From positions 9,800 to 73,799 of the IMG/VR virus record IMGVR_UViG_3300037277_000110: a DNA stretch of 64,000 bases. One strand, given 5' to 3'. The position numbers and the translations under genes are program-made. Shown here piece by piece: positions 47,326 to 56,829 of the stretch; positions within the stretch are counted from its first letter, which is position 1; each line of letters starts with the position of its first letter. Source of the stretch: a virus. The notes beneath the pieces are model-generated. The model was not told the origin of the DNA, searched no databases, and worked only from the letters and a program-made list of their open reading frames with translations.

Positions 47326-48148
47326 ATTTAGATTTGTTAGGGAACCGGTTCATAATCCATTCTTTCAAGTATTGTTTACCAGATAAGTCCGTAGCCATCA
47401 AATTAAGTCCCATGTCATTGTAGTTTACCCAAGTTTTATTTTGTACGGCCTTTTCTATTTCTTCAAGGGAATTTGACATGTATGAGGCTACTTTACCATG
47501 ATCAAAGTAAAAACCGGCTTTGTAATCCTTTATCCTTAATACATCAGGATTAGCTTCTTCAGTAAAATAATTAAAATACATGGTAGCTAAAGCGTATGGA
47601 ACACTTAAATTCCCAAAAGGAAATTGAGTAAATAAATAAACTAACTTAACACTACTATAAATACGTGGTAAATGAGTTTCAAAATTATACAATCGTTCAG
47701 TTATCACATACTTTTCATGGAGTATATCTATTGAAGTATTTATAGTTCGACCATGCTTATCAAAATTACGAACTTGATAAAAACTACCATCTTCAATTTC
47801 TAATGGTATATTAGGAATACTTCTAACATTTAATTCCTTTAAAAGCAAAACATCATCATACATATAAACAAAATATCCTTGATTATCTGAAGCAAAAGTT
47901 TTTACTTTATTCAATGTATCAAAGAAATTCTCGTAATCCAATTTACCGTTATTCTTTTTATTCAACCATTCCGGGTAATACCGTTCTGCCGGATGTACCA
48001 TTACATTAGTTAACCATTCTGGAACCACATTGCCATAAATATGTATTTCATAGTCCCCTTTGAGATTTTCATCAAGGGATCGTAGACAATAACGAAGTTC
48101 ATTGTTATCCCAATTACTACCAGTGCCAAGCGGTATGAGTATCTTCAT
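47315..48148 (-). CDS. Stealth-like (sugar-phosphate transferase-like) protein
   Basis: ELRYCLRSL, PEWL, FVYMYDD, ETHLP. Confidence 0.6.
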   Translation of the reverse strand: MKILIPLGTGSNWDNNELRYCLRSLDENLKGDYEIHIYGNVVPEWLTNVMVHPAERYYPEWLNKKNNGKLDYENFFDTLNKVKTFASDNQGYFVYMYDDVLLLKELNVRSIPNIPLEIEDGSFYQVRNFDKHGRTINTSIDILHEKYVITERLYNFETHLPRIYSSVKLVYLFTQFPFGNLSVPYALATMYFNYFTEEANPDVLRIKDYKAGFYFDHGKVASYMSNSLEEIEKAVQNKTWVNYNDMGLNLMATDLSGKQYLKEWIMNRFPNKSKYEL

Positions 48149-48152
48149 TTGA

Positions 48153-48890
48153 TTAGTTTAAAATTCCCAATATATCTGTCCTCTGTTGATATCTTAATGG
48201 CACATCACTAAAAATACGATGCATGTCATTTTCAAGTAAATTATTCACCTGATTACGGAAAATAACTTTATCGTTAATCTGAATATCCATGTCATCATAT
48301 TTCTTTTTATTTTTGTAAGATTTATTTTTATTTCCGACAAACCTAGTAATTCCAACCTGTTTGTCGATATGCTCAAATGGTAGGATTAATTTTGTTTTTG
48401 GAAGGTTGGATATTTCTTCAAAAAGACAGTAACCGTTTAAAGGAATAATTTCATCTCCTGAAAATCCTTTTTCATTTAAATCAAATGAATTCCAATCAAT
48501 TCTTTTTGCCACAATCAAATTCTGATAATCCATTATTCTATATTCCTTATCTTCAACCTGAATGATAGGACAATGTAGTCCTGAATGGAAATCAAACCAA
48601 ACCATATCTCCATATTTTAGTTCCATGTCGGTTTCCCAATCCATCTTTTTACAGTTTAAACTTTCAGGAGTTTTCCTAACTATCCCATACCGGTCTAAAT
48701 GAGCTGATTGATCTGTAGCTTCAATTCCATCCTTATCCTTACAAACAAAAAACTCAGGGTCCTTAACGATAATGAGTCCAGATGGTCTTACTTCTTCTTT
48801 AGGTATAACGCATTCAATTATAACATTATTACCTATAGGTTTTAATCGGTCAAATTCTTTTGCTGTTAGTTGTATGTAATCGTGTGGCAT
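48153..48890 (-). CDS. Tandem GroES-like co-chaperonin
   Basis: LKPIGNNVIIE..SGLII..GIV..GDMVWF and a second IPLNGYCL..GI..VG..NDKVIF..DILGIL repeat. Confidence 0.75.
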   Translation of the reverse strand: MPHDYIQLTAKEFDRLKPIGNNVIIECVIPKEEVRPSGLIIVKDPEFFVCKDKDGIEATDQSAHLDRYGIVRKTPESLNCKKMDWETDMELKYGDMVWFDFHSGLHCPIIQVEDKEYRIMDYQNLIVAKRIDWNSFDLNEKGFSGDEIIPLNGYCLFEEISNLPKTKLILPFEHIDKQVGITRFVGNKNKSYKNKKKYDDMDIQINDKVIFRNQVNNLLENDMHRIFSDVPLRYQQRTDILGILN

Positions 48891-48894
48891 ATAA

Positions 48895-49128
48895 TTATTT
48901 TAGTTTTCTCATTACTCGGTTAATATCAGACACTTCTTCATCCCTACCATCCGTATAGCATATTAAGAAGGTTCTTTGGCCGTTTTCTATTTTCTCACTT
49001 ATTGCATTTACGGTCTTATCTTCACCTCCAAACTCATCTTGATAAGTCTCTCCAAGGGCTTTTACTTTACAAAAGTTACCTTGAGGTGTTACTTCTTTGT
49101 CGTATTCTATTATTTCTATAATTTTCAT
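48895..49128 (-). CDS. Hypothetical protein
   Basis: 77-aa ORF in operon. Confidence 0.55.
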   Translation of the reverse strand: MKIIEIIEYDKEVTPQGNFCKVKALGETYQDEFGGEDKTVNAISEKIENGQRTFLICYTDGRDEEVSDINRVMRKLK

Positions 49129-49251
49129 TGAGTTTGATTTATAAAAAAGGCCCGACGAGTATCACTACTTTGTCGGACCGTAAACCTAAATGTGTTTCAT
49201 GAGTAAAAACTTTTTAACCAAAAATCTTAAACAAAGGAAGTGTCTTATTTT

Positions 49252-49557
49252 TTATCCTGCAACTTTTATCTTATGTTTTCTAACATGTTCTTTATACATT
49301 TGATCTCGTAGTAAGTCAAGTTGAATATTAAAGTCATTGATTATAACCTTTCTAACAGACTCTTTAGCTTGTTTAAATGTTTTTACAGCTTTAGTCCAAC
49401 CCATTTGATATCCTTTTTCTAAACTATCTGAGTCATAACAATTAGGATTAGGTTTTGAGGTTGTAATAGTAGGTGTACTATCCTTTTCATTTGTCATGAT
49501 AGGATATTGTCTAATTTTATAGTTTAGACCAGTAGGATTTGCTAGATACCTTTTCAT
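49252..49557 (-). CDS. Hypothetical protein
   Basis: 101 aa; first gene left of the divergent promoter region. Confidence 0.5.
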   Translation of the reverse strand: MKRYLANPTGLNYKIRQYPIMTNEKDSTPTITTSKPNPNCYDSDSLEKGYQMGWTKAVKTFKQAKESVRKVIINDFNIQLDLLRDQMYKEHVRKHKIKVAG

Positions 49558-49659
49558 GTTTTTTTGCGAAATTTAATAAAAAATGTTTAATAACATAACA
49601 AAATTTTATTAACTTTAATATTTAAAATATTATTTTTGACCGATGATTAATTAATCAAT

Positions 49660-49896
49660 ATGGAAGAACAAGAAGAAATCGATTTACTCCCATTCTTATC
49701 TAAACTAAATAATCATCTCGGAAGAATAATGTACAAAGTTGACCACAAAATAGAACTTTCGGTAGATGAAGACGAACTCATAAAAGAGCTTTATATATGT
49801 TACAGAGAAAATAATTTACAAACCCTTAATAATTTCAATAATAATAAAACAAGAAATGGAAAAAGTAAAATTAAATTTGAACCAGGAGATTCTTAG
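49660..49896 (+). CDS. Hypothetical protein
   Basis: First gene of the plus-strand arm. Confidence 0.5.
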   Translation: MEEQEEIDLLPFLSKLNNHLGRIMYKVDHKIELSVDEDELIKELYICYRENNLQTLNNFNNNKTRNGKSKIKFEPGDS

Positions 49897-50152
49897 TATT
49901 AGTGGTAAACCGTTCCCTTATCCAGAAGGCAATCTTACTATCAAAATGGCTATCAAAATAGCTATTATAAATGCTGACATGGATAAAAAAGCTCCTGATG
50001 AAAAGTACAATGCGTATAAGACCGCCATGCGTATCGAAAAAGGAGAAACTGACTTTCTACCTGAAGAATGGTCTAGTTTTAAAAGAGCCGTAGGTCTTAT
50101 TTTTGGACCTGAAATAGTCGGTTTTGTTTGGGACGCAATAGCTAAGGTATGA
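49856..50152 (+). CDS. Hypothetical protein
   Basis: 98 aa in operon. Confidence 0.6.
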   Translation: MEKVKLNLNQEILSISGKPFPYPEGNLTIKMAIKIAIINADMDKKAPDEKYNAYKTAMRIEKGETDFLPEEWSSFKRAVGLIFGPEIVGFVWDAIAKV

Positions 50153-50430
50153 GACGGGCTCATATAAGATTATTGACCAGAAGAACTAAAAAAGTCCTTA
50201 ATATTTCTTTTGAAATTATAACCGGATATCACCCAAGGGATGAAAAAGAAATCCGAAAAGAGAATATTAAATACATATTTTCTAACACACTACAACTTAT
50301 GGAAGACGTAATAAGGGAATATGATTCTTGTACAAGTATTATTAGAGACCAAGAACAGGCTAAGTTAATTACACTTCAAAAACTATCAATGCCTAGTGAA
50401 CAAGAAAAGCTGTTGAAAAGGCAGATATGA
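50149..50430 (+). CDS. Hypothetical protein
   Basis: ATGA overlap with the preceding gene. Confidence 0.55.
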   Translation: MRRAHIRLLTRRTKKVLNISFEIITGYHPRDEKEIRKENIKYIFSNTLQLMEDVIREYDSCTSIIRDQEQAKLITLQKLSMPSEQEKLLKRQI

Positions 50431-50479
50431 TTTTGAGATTATACAATCAAGATATTCATAAACTAACAAACAGTTTAAT

Positions 50480-50707
50480 ATGAACACTAATCCACTAGAA
50501 GGAGTGTCCAAAGAGGACTTTGAATATATAAAAAATTACGACAAACGTCCAGAAAATATGTCCTTTGAACTATTTAAAAAGCTTCAACGGTTAATCAAAA
50601 AGTTAAATAGAAAACGTAAAGGTCAACTTGTTTTTAGTAGTGATTCGGACACTAAGTTTGGACCCGGGAAAACCTACAGAAAAAATGATATCACAAAAAA
50701 TACGTAG
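50480..50707 (+). CDS. Small basic hypothetical protein
   Basis: RPENMSFE...GKTY motif. Confidence 0.55.
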   Translation: MNTNPLEGVSKEDFEYIKNYDKRPENMSFELFKKLQRLIKKLNRKRKGQLVFSSDSDTKFGPGKTYRKNDITKNT

Positions 50708-50960
50708 ACAAATCTACAAAAAGTATGACGGTAAATGCGTATACTGTCATTGTGATGTCACTTTTGAGGAAGCTACTATTGATCACCGATTTCCAAAATC
50801 AAAAGGCGGTGGTGATTATAAGTACAACTACTTTTTAGCTTGTAAAACATGTAACCAGTATAAATCAAATGACATATTGGAACCACTGGCTAAAGATTAT
50901 ATCAAAAACAGGAAACAACAATTACTTGATAAATATCCATACTTAAAATTTAAAACATGA
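50685..50960 (+). CDS. HNH endonuclease
   Basis: CVYC...TIDHRFPKSKGG...ACKTCNQYK; ATG start at 50685. Confidence 0.85.
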   Translation: MISQKIRRQIYKKYDGKCVYCHCDVTFEEATIDHRFPKSKGGGDYKYNYFLACKTCNQYKSNDILEPLAKDYIKNRKQQLLDKYPYLKFKT

Positions 50961-51232
50961 AAGTAATAATAACAAAAACTATATCAGAGAATGAAGAAAT
51001 TGATTTAAAAATTCCTTCATTTTGGAAAGAAGGATCATTCTTCTACTCAAAAATTATCGATGGATTTAATCAGATTAGAGTCGATGATTATGGAGATGAT
51101 TATTTTTCTGAAAAATTATCTCAAATAGCATTTCACAGGATTAGTGTAATAAATTTTGATAATGCAATTGAAATATCCGAAGGGGAATATAAAGCTGCTT
51201 TCGAAAAAGTTAATAACAAACTAAAATCATAA
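50957..51232 (+). CDS. Hypothetical protein
   Basis: 91 aa in operon. Confidence 0.55.
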   Translation: MKVIITKTISENEEIDLKIPSFWKEGSFFYSKIIDGFNQIRVDDYGDDYFSEKLSQIAFHRISVINFDNAIEISEGEYKAAFEKVNNKLKS

Positions 51233-51235
51233 TTT

Positions 51236-52015
51236 ATGGAAAACAATGTAAAACAAGCATTATTAAAAGAGTTCAAAAAAGCTAATATTGAACGAAAAGA
51301 AAAATTAGCTAAAAAGTTCGGATATAATTCGGCTTGGGAATACCTTGCCTATTTAGAAGGCAATGACAAGTCTACTAAAACTAAACCCAAGGTTAAACCT
51401 GTAATCCATAATGTATTTATCATGGATGCATCATCAAGTATGCAAGGAGAGAAGTATAATAATGGGGTTAAAGGTATTGAAGAGTTATTAGAATCAATAA
51501 ATAAAGATACCTTTAGTATAAATACCGTCACACTTATCGAATTTAATACATGGTTACCATCATACACAAAACAACATTCTTGGCTAAGTGATATTAAGAG
51601 CTTTTCTCCAATGGGAGCCCATGGATGTACTCCATTATACAGAGTTCTTGGAAACATTATTGACCGACTTTTATTTGAGGACAAAATAAATAAACAAGAT
51701 AAGGTTTTGTTAAACATTGTGACGGACGGGGACGACACTGAAGGTTGGGGAGAATATAGAAATCTTCCTGATACATTAAAACGGGTTCAAAAAGAAAACA
51801 ATTTCACTGTAACCTTTGTAGGTACAGAATATGATGTACAAAGATGTATTAACAATCTTAACATTGACAGGTCCAATACTCTTGTTCATGACAATACCGG
51901 AGAAGGAGTAAGATCAGCATACGCAACTACAGTAAGTTCAAGAACAGCTTACTCTAAATCTGCCTCACAAGGCGAAGATGTAACATTAGGATTTTACAAA
52001 AAATTAATCAACTAA
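51236..52015 (+). CDS. vWA domain protein
   Basis: MIDAS motif DASSSM, TPLY, IVTDG. Confidence 0.85.
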   Translation: MENNVKQALLKEFKKANIERKEKLAKKFGYNSAWEYLAYLEGNDKSTKTKPKVKPVIHNVFIMDASSSMQGEKYNNGVKGIEELLESINKDTFSINTVTLIEFNTWLPSYTKQHSWLSDIKSFSPMGAHGCTPLYRVLGNIIDRLLFEDKINKQDKVLLNIVTDGDDTEGWGEYRNLPDTLKRVQKENNFTVTFVGTEYDVQRCINNLNIDRSNTLVHDNTGEGVRSAYATTVSSRTAYSKSASQGEDVTLGFYKKLIN

Positions 52016-52025
52016 TACCAAAACA

Positions 52026-52559
52026 ATGAAAATAGAAAAAGGTCAAATTTTAAGTGAAGCTAACTTCTATACTGTAGAAGCACAAGATTCCAAAAAAGTT
52101 ATCCTAGTGGCTGATAATGGCCAAAAAATTGAAGTGTCCAGACAATATGCCGATCAAATGTTATCCTCAGCTCATGACTTCGCCAAGGAAGAAAAAATCA
52201 CCAAAACCGAATTGGCTAATATTTTTATTTCAAGTTCCCGTGTAGCTATGACTGTTTGCTTTTACAAACAAGTTAAAGAAACTGATGTTGTAAAAGAAAT
52301 AAGCGATGCTGTTGCAAGTGCTAAGATAGCCGAGATTGAAAAAGCCATTAAGAAAGGTGTTAAAAAGGCTATTATCGGTGAAGAACGAGTAATGAAAGGA
52401 AGGCATTACGGATCAATGGACGAATTCGGCAGAATTAACTTTGTAGATATGGAAATACCAAAGGACACTACTAAATCTTACGATGTAAGAATGAGACTTG
52501 TTGATCCTCGAACTATTTCGTATCTTGTTGTGAATAACATTAAGTACAGTGTAAAATGA
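52026..52559 (+). CDS. Conserved hypothetical phage protein
   Basis: 177 aa; MTVCF.K, GEERVM.G, RLVDPRTI. Confidence 0.6.
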   Translation: MKIEKGQILSEANFYTVEAQDSKKVILVADNGQKIEVSRQYADQMLSSAHDFAKEEKITKTELANIFISSSRVAMTVCFYKQVKETDVVKEISDAVASAKIAEIEKAIKKGVKKAIIGEERVMKGRHYGSMDEFGRINFVDMEIPKDTTKSYDVRMRLVDPRTISYLVVNNIKYSVK

Positions 52560-52753
52560 GTTACATTGATGAAGATTTAATACCTGAGCCGGGGGTTTAT
52601 TTTCCTCCGGCCAATACTATGGAACCAGAATTATGTGTCCTTTGTAAACGTTTTATTTATGAATACGATGAAAAGATGTTTCTCCAAACAGGAGATCCGG
52701 CACATAAAGATTGTGTAAAACAAAATCATAAAAATAAATTATTAATCCACTAA
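52556..52753 (+). CDS. Small zinc-finger-like protein
   Basis: CVLC...HKDC. Confidence 0.5.
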   Translation: MSYIDEDLIPEPGVYFPPANTMEPELCVLCKRFIYEYDEKMFLQTGDPAHKDCVKQNHKNKLLIH

Positions 52754-52764
52754 AATTTAAAACT

Positions 52765-53439
52765 ATGGGATTCAATTCCGGCGGCGGCCAAAAAACGTAC
52801 TTAAAAATATCTGACGGTAAAATATCTGTCAAGGTAAATGAAGGCACTGAAAATGCAGTAAAATGCACTAATAAAGATGGTTCAAAAACATGGTGGGAGC
52901 GTAGGTATCCATCCTTTACCGGTAAAATAACCGGCATCAGAAAACGAGTTACTGATTGGGGAGCCGATCTTTGTATTGACATTGATGATGTAGGAGAAGA
53001 ATATGAGCTACAGATGCCTTGGAGTTCCGGTTATTCATCTGGATTTTTTCTTGCTATGCCTAATATTAAGTTTGACAACGAAGTCACATTCAGTCCTTGG
53101 ATGAAAGTTGTTGATGATAAAAAGAAAACATCTCTTTTCATTCATAACTTTGGCGAAAAAGATAGTGTTAAATGGGCTTGGACCAAAGATGCTCCTGGCG
53201 ATTTGCCTCCAATGGTACAGCTAAAAGTAAAGGGTAAAGATGTTTGGGATGATACCGAACGTCAGGAATACTTTGAAAAGTATATTGCTGAAAAAATTAA
53301 TCCTAAATTAGGAGTTACTTCACCTGTGGCTAAATATGAAGTTGGCAACGGACCGGCTCCAATTAATTCATCAGAACCTACAGGAGAAAGTGACTTGCCG
53401 TGGGATACTCAACCACCTGACGAAAAAGCACCTTACTAA
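52765..53439 (+). CDS. Putative single-stranded DNA-binding protein
   Basis: Aromatic beta-rich core, Pro/acidic tail (DLPWD..PY); adjacent to the nuclease gene. Confidence 0.5.
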   Translation: MGFNSGGGQKTYLKISDGKISVKVNEGTENAVKCTNKDGSKTWWERRYPSFTGKITGIRKRVTDWGADLCIDIDDVGEEYELQMPWSSGYSSGFFLAMPNIKFDNEVTFSPWMKVVDDKKKTSLFIHNFGEKDSVKWAWTKDAPGDLPPMVQLKVKGKDVWDDTERQEYFEKYIAEKINPKLGVTSPVAKYEVGNGPAPINSSEPTGESDLPWDTQPPDEKAPY

Positions 53440-54416
53440 TGGAAAGTAACATTCAAGACATTGAAAAAATAGAGAATCTTCTCAAAATAGGTTCCTATAA
53501 CAAAATATACCGAATAAACTTCAATGGCCAGAGAATTTATGTGCAGGAGGAACCTTTTGCACATTATTCTGGCCTTACAGGAGCTTTATCAGCGGCTACA
53601 TTTAAAGGAGATCAGGATGCAAAAAGACTATCAAGCTGGCGTAATTCAATGATCGATAGTTTTGGGGAAGCTAATACTGAAAACTATGTATCCATGACGG
53701 CTGACTTTGGTACACTCCTTCACATGGCTATGGTTACTATAAAAGACAAAGGACTTATTAAATGGGATGAAGAACGAGACAAAGCTTATGACTACTTTGT
53801 TAATTGTTATAAAGTTAAGAGTCTTGATCCTGACCTAAAAACCATTAAAAAAATAGTCTATGAGTACCAAAAGCATGTAGCCTCATTACTTCAATGGGTT
53901 TATGAACGGGTACAAGAGATATATGCGATTGAGGTCCCGGTTAAATGGGAAGCTCTGAAAATAGCAACGCCCATTGATATTTTTTGTTCCTGTAGACAAA
54001 CTGAAAAAGGTCCATTTGCAAATACCACAGTAAACATTAAAACCTCGTCCCAGATATCCAATCATCAACTTGAACAGATTTCCTGTGAGATGCACATGTG
54101 GAATCAAACTTATGGGGGAGAATTTTTGGATGACATTAAAAACACAGCCGAATTTACTGGTATTATTCGTACTAAAGATTGGAATGAAAGTAAATCACCG
54201 ACTTACGAATATAAATATCTTGCTTTTGAACAGGCTAAAATTTACTGGGAAGCTGCCAAAGCCAGACTACAACTTTGCTTAAATAGTTCGGCTTCGTATT
54301 TTCCTTCACCGGTTAATAAATCATTTAAAGGAGAGACTAAGATCGGAGAAATGCCAGTGATTGAAAGTACTACTTTGGAAGAAGAATGGAATTCAATTTT
54401 AACTGAAGCGGTATGA
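53439..54416 (+). CDS. PD-(D/E)XK-like recombination exonuclease
   Basis: ADFGTLLH, AIE, TPID, VNIKTS, QI motifs. Confidence 0.6.
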   Translation: MESNIQDIEKIENLLKIGSYNKIYRINFNGQRIYVQEEPFAHYSGLTGALSAATFKGDQDAKRLSSWRNSMIDSFGEANTENYVSMTADFGTLLHMAMVTIKDKGLIKWDEERDKAYDYFVNCYKVKSLDPDLKTIKKIVYEYQKHVASLLQWVYERVQEIYAIEVPVKWEALKIATPIDIFCSCRQTEKGPFANTTVNIKTSSQISNHQLEQISCEMHMWNQTYGGEFLDDIKNTAEFTGIIRTKDWNESKSPTYEYKYLAFEQAKIYWEAAKARLQLCLNSSASYFPSPVNKSFKGETKIGEMPVIESTTLEEEWNSILTEAV

Positions 54417-54853
54417 GAGAGATTAAATTTAAAGGTAAAAGTATAAATACTGGCGAATGGTGCGAAAGTATGACCATCTCTAACGGTACGATAAAACGTA
54501 AAAGAGATGATTTATTTATGGAAACAAACGAAGGTAAATGGTTAGGAATAGATCCTAAAACATTAGGACAATTCACCGGGGTTAAAGATAAAAACAATAA
54601 AGATATTTTTGAAGGTGACATTGTTAGAATTTTATATACGGATTGGTGTAGTAAATCATCATCAGACCAAAGAACCTTAGCACAATATTTAATTGATATA
54701 GCTAAAATTGGATACATTACTTTTATTGGCGATAGATATTATGTTGTGTTTAAAAATAAATATAAAGAGGATTATTATGATTCATTTTTCCCCGGTGAGC
54801 ATGGATATATTGAAGTAATAGGAAATATTTATGACAATCCAGAAATATTATGA
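54413..54853 (+). CDS. YopX family protein
   Basis: MREIKFKG, GQFTGVKDKN.KDIFEGDIV, EVIGNIYDNPE. Confidence 0.9.
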   Translation: MREIKFKGKSINTGEWCESMTISNGTIKRKRDDLFMETNEGKWLGIDPKTLGQFTGVKDKNNKDIFEGDIVRILYTDWCSKSSSDQRTLAQYLIDIAKIGYITFIGDRYYVVFKNKYKEDYYDSFFPGEHGYIEVIGNIYDNPEIL

Positions 54854-55332
54854 AATACGATCTAAAACAACAGTTTAAAGTTCAAGGAGCCCAAGAATAT
54901 TTTGCTAAACTTATTGAAAAAAAAGCTTTTATTGAACTTAGAGAGGTTAAACTCAAGCGTTCCTTAGATCAGAACGGACTTTACTGGTTATGGCTTGGAG
55001 TAATTGAAACCGAAATGGGATTGGATAGAAATGAATGTCACCTACTTTACCGGGCCATGTATTTACCAAAAGAAGATCACATGATTGAGTCTATTATTAG
55101 AACTGATCTTTGGAGAAGGCTTAAACCACGGATTGAACAATTTAGCTATTTCAAAGGGTTAGATCAGATAATTGATGTGATCGCTCATTCAACTACTGAA
55201 CAGGATAGTATTCAGTTTACCAATTATTTAAATAAAGTTCGGGAACATGTCCGAGTAAATATGAATCTAATTCTACTAACACTGGAAGATAAGGAATTTG
55301 AAACTTTCTATGCGGAGTACGGCTTTAGATAA
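54850..55332 (+). CDS. NinB/Orf-like recombination protein
   Basis: KRSLDQNGLYW.WL...STT...F..YL. Confidence 0.65.
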   Translation: MKYDLKQQFKVQGAQEYFAKLIEKKAFIELREVKLKRSLDQNGLYWLWLGVIETEMGLDRNECHLLYRAMYLPKEDHMIESIIRTDLWRRLKPRIEQFSYFKGLDQIIDVIAHSTTEQDSIQFTNYLNKVREHVRVNMNLILLTLEDKEFETFYAEYGFR

Positions 55333-55371
55333 TTTTTATTAAAATTTTGTAAAAAATATCTAATTTTTAAT

Positions 55372-55501
55372 TATATTTGTATCGCTTAGGTTACCAAACG
55401 AAACTACAATGAAAACGAATTCTGATTTAACAATCTCAATAAAATCCCCGGACGATCGTAGTTTCGTAGGCCCTAAGCAAGCTTCCGGGGATTCTTCTTT
55501 T
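55372..55501 (+). promoter_or_regulatory. Promoter plus structured leader (terminator with 5'-to-loop pairing; leader ORF 55409-55531)
   Basis: TATATTTG 55372-55379; stem 55443-55452/55484-55493; loop segments complementary to 55384-55390 and 55398-55407. Confidence 0.65.
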
Positions 55502-55527
55502 GTATTTACTCACCAAATTTTATATAA

Positions 55528-55914
55528 ATGAAAAAACAAGAAACACTTAAAGGTTCGGCTGATAAAGTCGAAATGTTCAACCACTACGTTCAGGCTACTG
55601 AAGATGAACTGGCCGAAAAACGGACTTTTTTGTCCGATGAGATGATCAAGGCTGATGCTTTGGAACAAGAATTCAAAGTTGTCAAAGATGCTCACAAAGA
55701 AAAAATGAAACCTATTGAAAAGAAAATAGGCGGGTTACTAACTTTTATCCGAGACAAAGGTGAAATGGTTAATGAAGAATGCTACATCTATTACGAAGGT
55801 GAGTATGCAGTTTACCATGACGGTCAAGGAACCGAAGTTTACAGACGGCCACTTATGCCAGATGAACGTCAGAAAACAATCCAAATGGCACTACGCGAAG
55901 GTACTAACGACTAA
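55528..55914 (+). CDS. Hypothetical coiled-coil protein
   Basis: 128 aa; YRRPL.PDERQ motif. Confidence 0.65.
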   Translation: MKKQETLKGSADKVEMFNHYVQATEDELAEKRTFLSDEMIKADALEQEFKVVKDAHKEKMKPIEKKIGGLLTFIRDKGEMVNEECYIYYEGEYAVYHDGQGTEVYRRPLMPDERQKTIQMALREGTND

Positions 55915-55924
55915 AAACTAAACT

Positions 55925-56641
55925 ATGGAAAATAAATTTGAAATTACAGTTGAAAACGGAGTAAAAGAACTTGTTATACGACAAGGAGAACCATTACCGG
56001 TTCCAAAATTAAGAGAAATTAACATAACCGGTAATATCGATTCGCCTTTACAGTTTTTATTGAAGCGCAAGGATGTTGTCGATCTTTTAAAATCATCGGT
56101 TATTGTTTACCGAGAAGGATTGGCTATAGTTTTAAAAACTGACGAACACAATGAAACCGACAAAGGAGAAACTATTACTGGAAATCTTTCCAAAACTAAG
56201 GAATTTGAATCTTTTGGAATCAATACCGGTAAAAATTGGCTATCCCGTGATCTTGGTCAATTTATTAAGATGAACCGGACATGTTTTGAATCCAAAGATG
56301 CTGCCAATGAATTAGCCGCCAAACTTAGTGATTTTAAAGCCAAAATTGATAAGGAATTGGAAGCTGCCGATGATCATAGAGGTAACCAACGGATACTCAA
56401 AGATCAGAAGATTAAGAGCTGTAACATCCCTGAAAAATTTAGCTTATCGATTCCAATTTTCAAGGGAGCTAAAAAAGCTACTTTCGAGGTTGAGATTTAC
56501 ATCAACGCCGATGATCTTACTATCACACTTGTATCTCCTGACGCCAATGATATTATTGCACAAGTACGCGATGAATCTATTGATACTGTTCTGGATGAGA
56601 TAAAAATGCTTTGTCCAACACTAGTTATCATTGAACAATAA
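55925..56641 (+). CDS. Conserved phage protein, possibly DUF2303/YfdQ-like
   Basis: IPEKFSLSIPIFKG motif. Confidence 0.5.
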   Translation: MENKFEITVENGVKELVIRQGEPLPVPKLREINITGNIDSPLQFLLKRKDVVDLLKSSVIVYREGLAIVLKTDEHNETDKGETITGNLSKTKEFESFGINTGKNWLSRDLGQFIKMNRTCFESKDAANELAAKLSDFKAKIDKELEAADDHRGNQRILKDQKIKSCNIPEKFSLSIPIFKGAKKATFEVEIYINADDLTITLVSPDANDIIAQVRDESIDTVLDEIKMLCPTLVIIEQ

Positions 56642-56728
56642 AATATTTAAGAAGCATGTCAAGGTAGCGCCTTGCTGAACTTGGGAAATTCGAGGTAGTC
56701 CAAGAAAGATTGAAGTAATCCTCGACCA

Positions 56729-56813
56729 GGGTCTCTAGTTTAACGGTAGAACGATTATTATCGCAGACGAATGGCGAGGTATATTGATATAGGTTCGACT
56801 CCTATAAGATCCA
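56729..56813 (+). ncRNA. tRNA-like RNA with an expanded anticodon arm
   Basis: GGGTCT/AGATCC acceptor; TA-GTTT-AACGGTA-GAAC D arm; ATAGG-TTCGACT-CCTAT T arm; ~22-nt insert in place of a 7-nt anticodon loop. Confidence 0.7.
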
Positions 56814-56829
56814 CTAAATAACTAACATC

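Noticed and set aside
56729-56813. tmRNA or group I intron-containing tRNA
   Set aside because: It has a paired D stem, and the insert is only about 15 nt longer than a normal loop, too short for a tag reading frame or a self-splicing intron.
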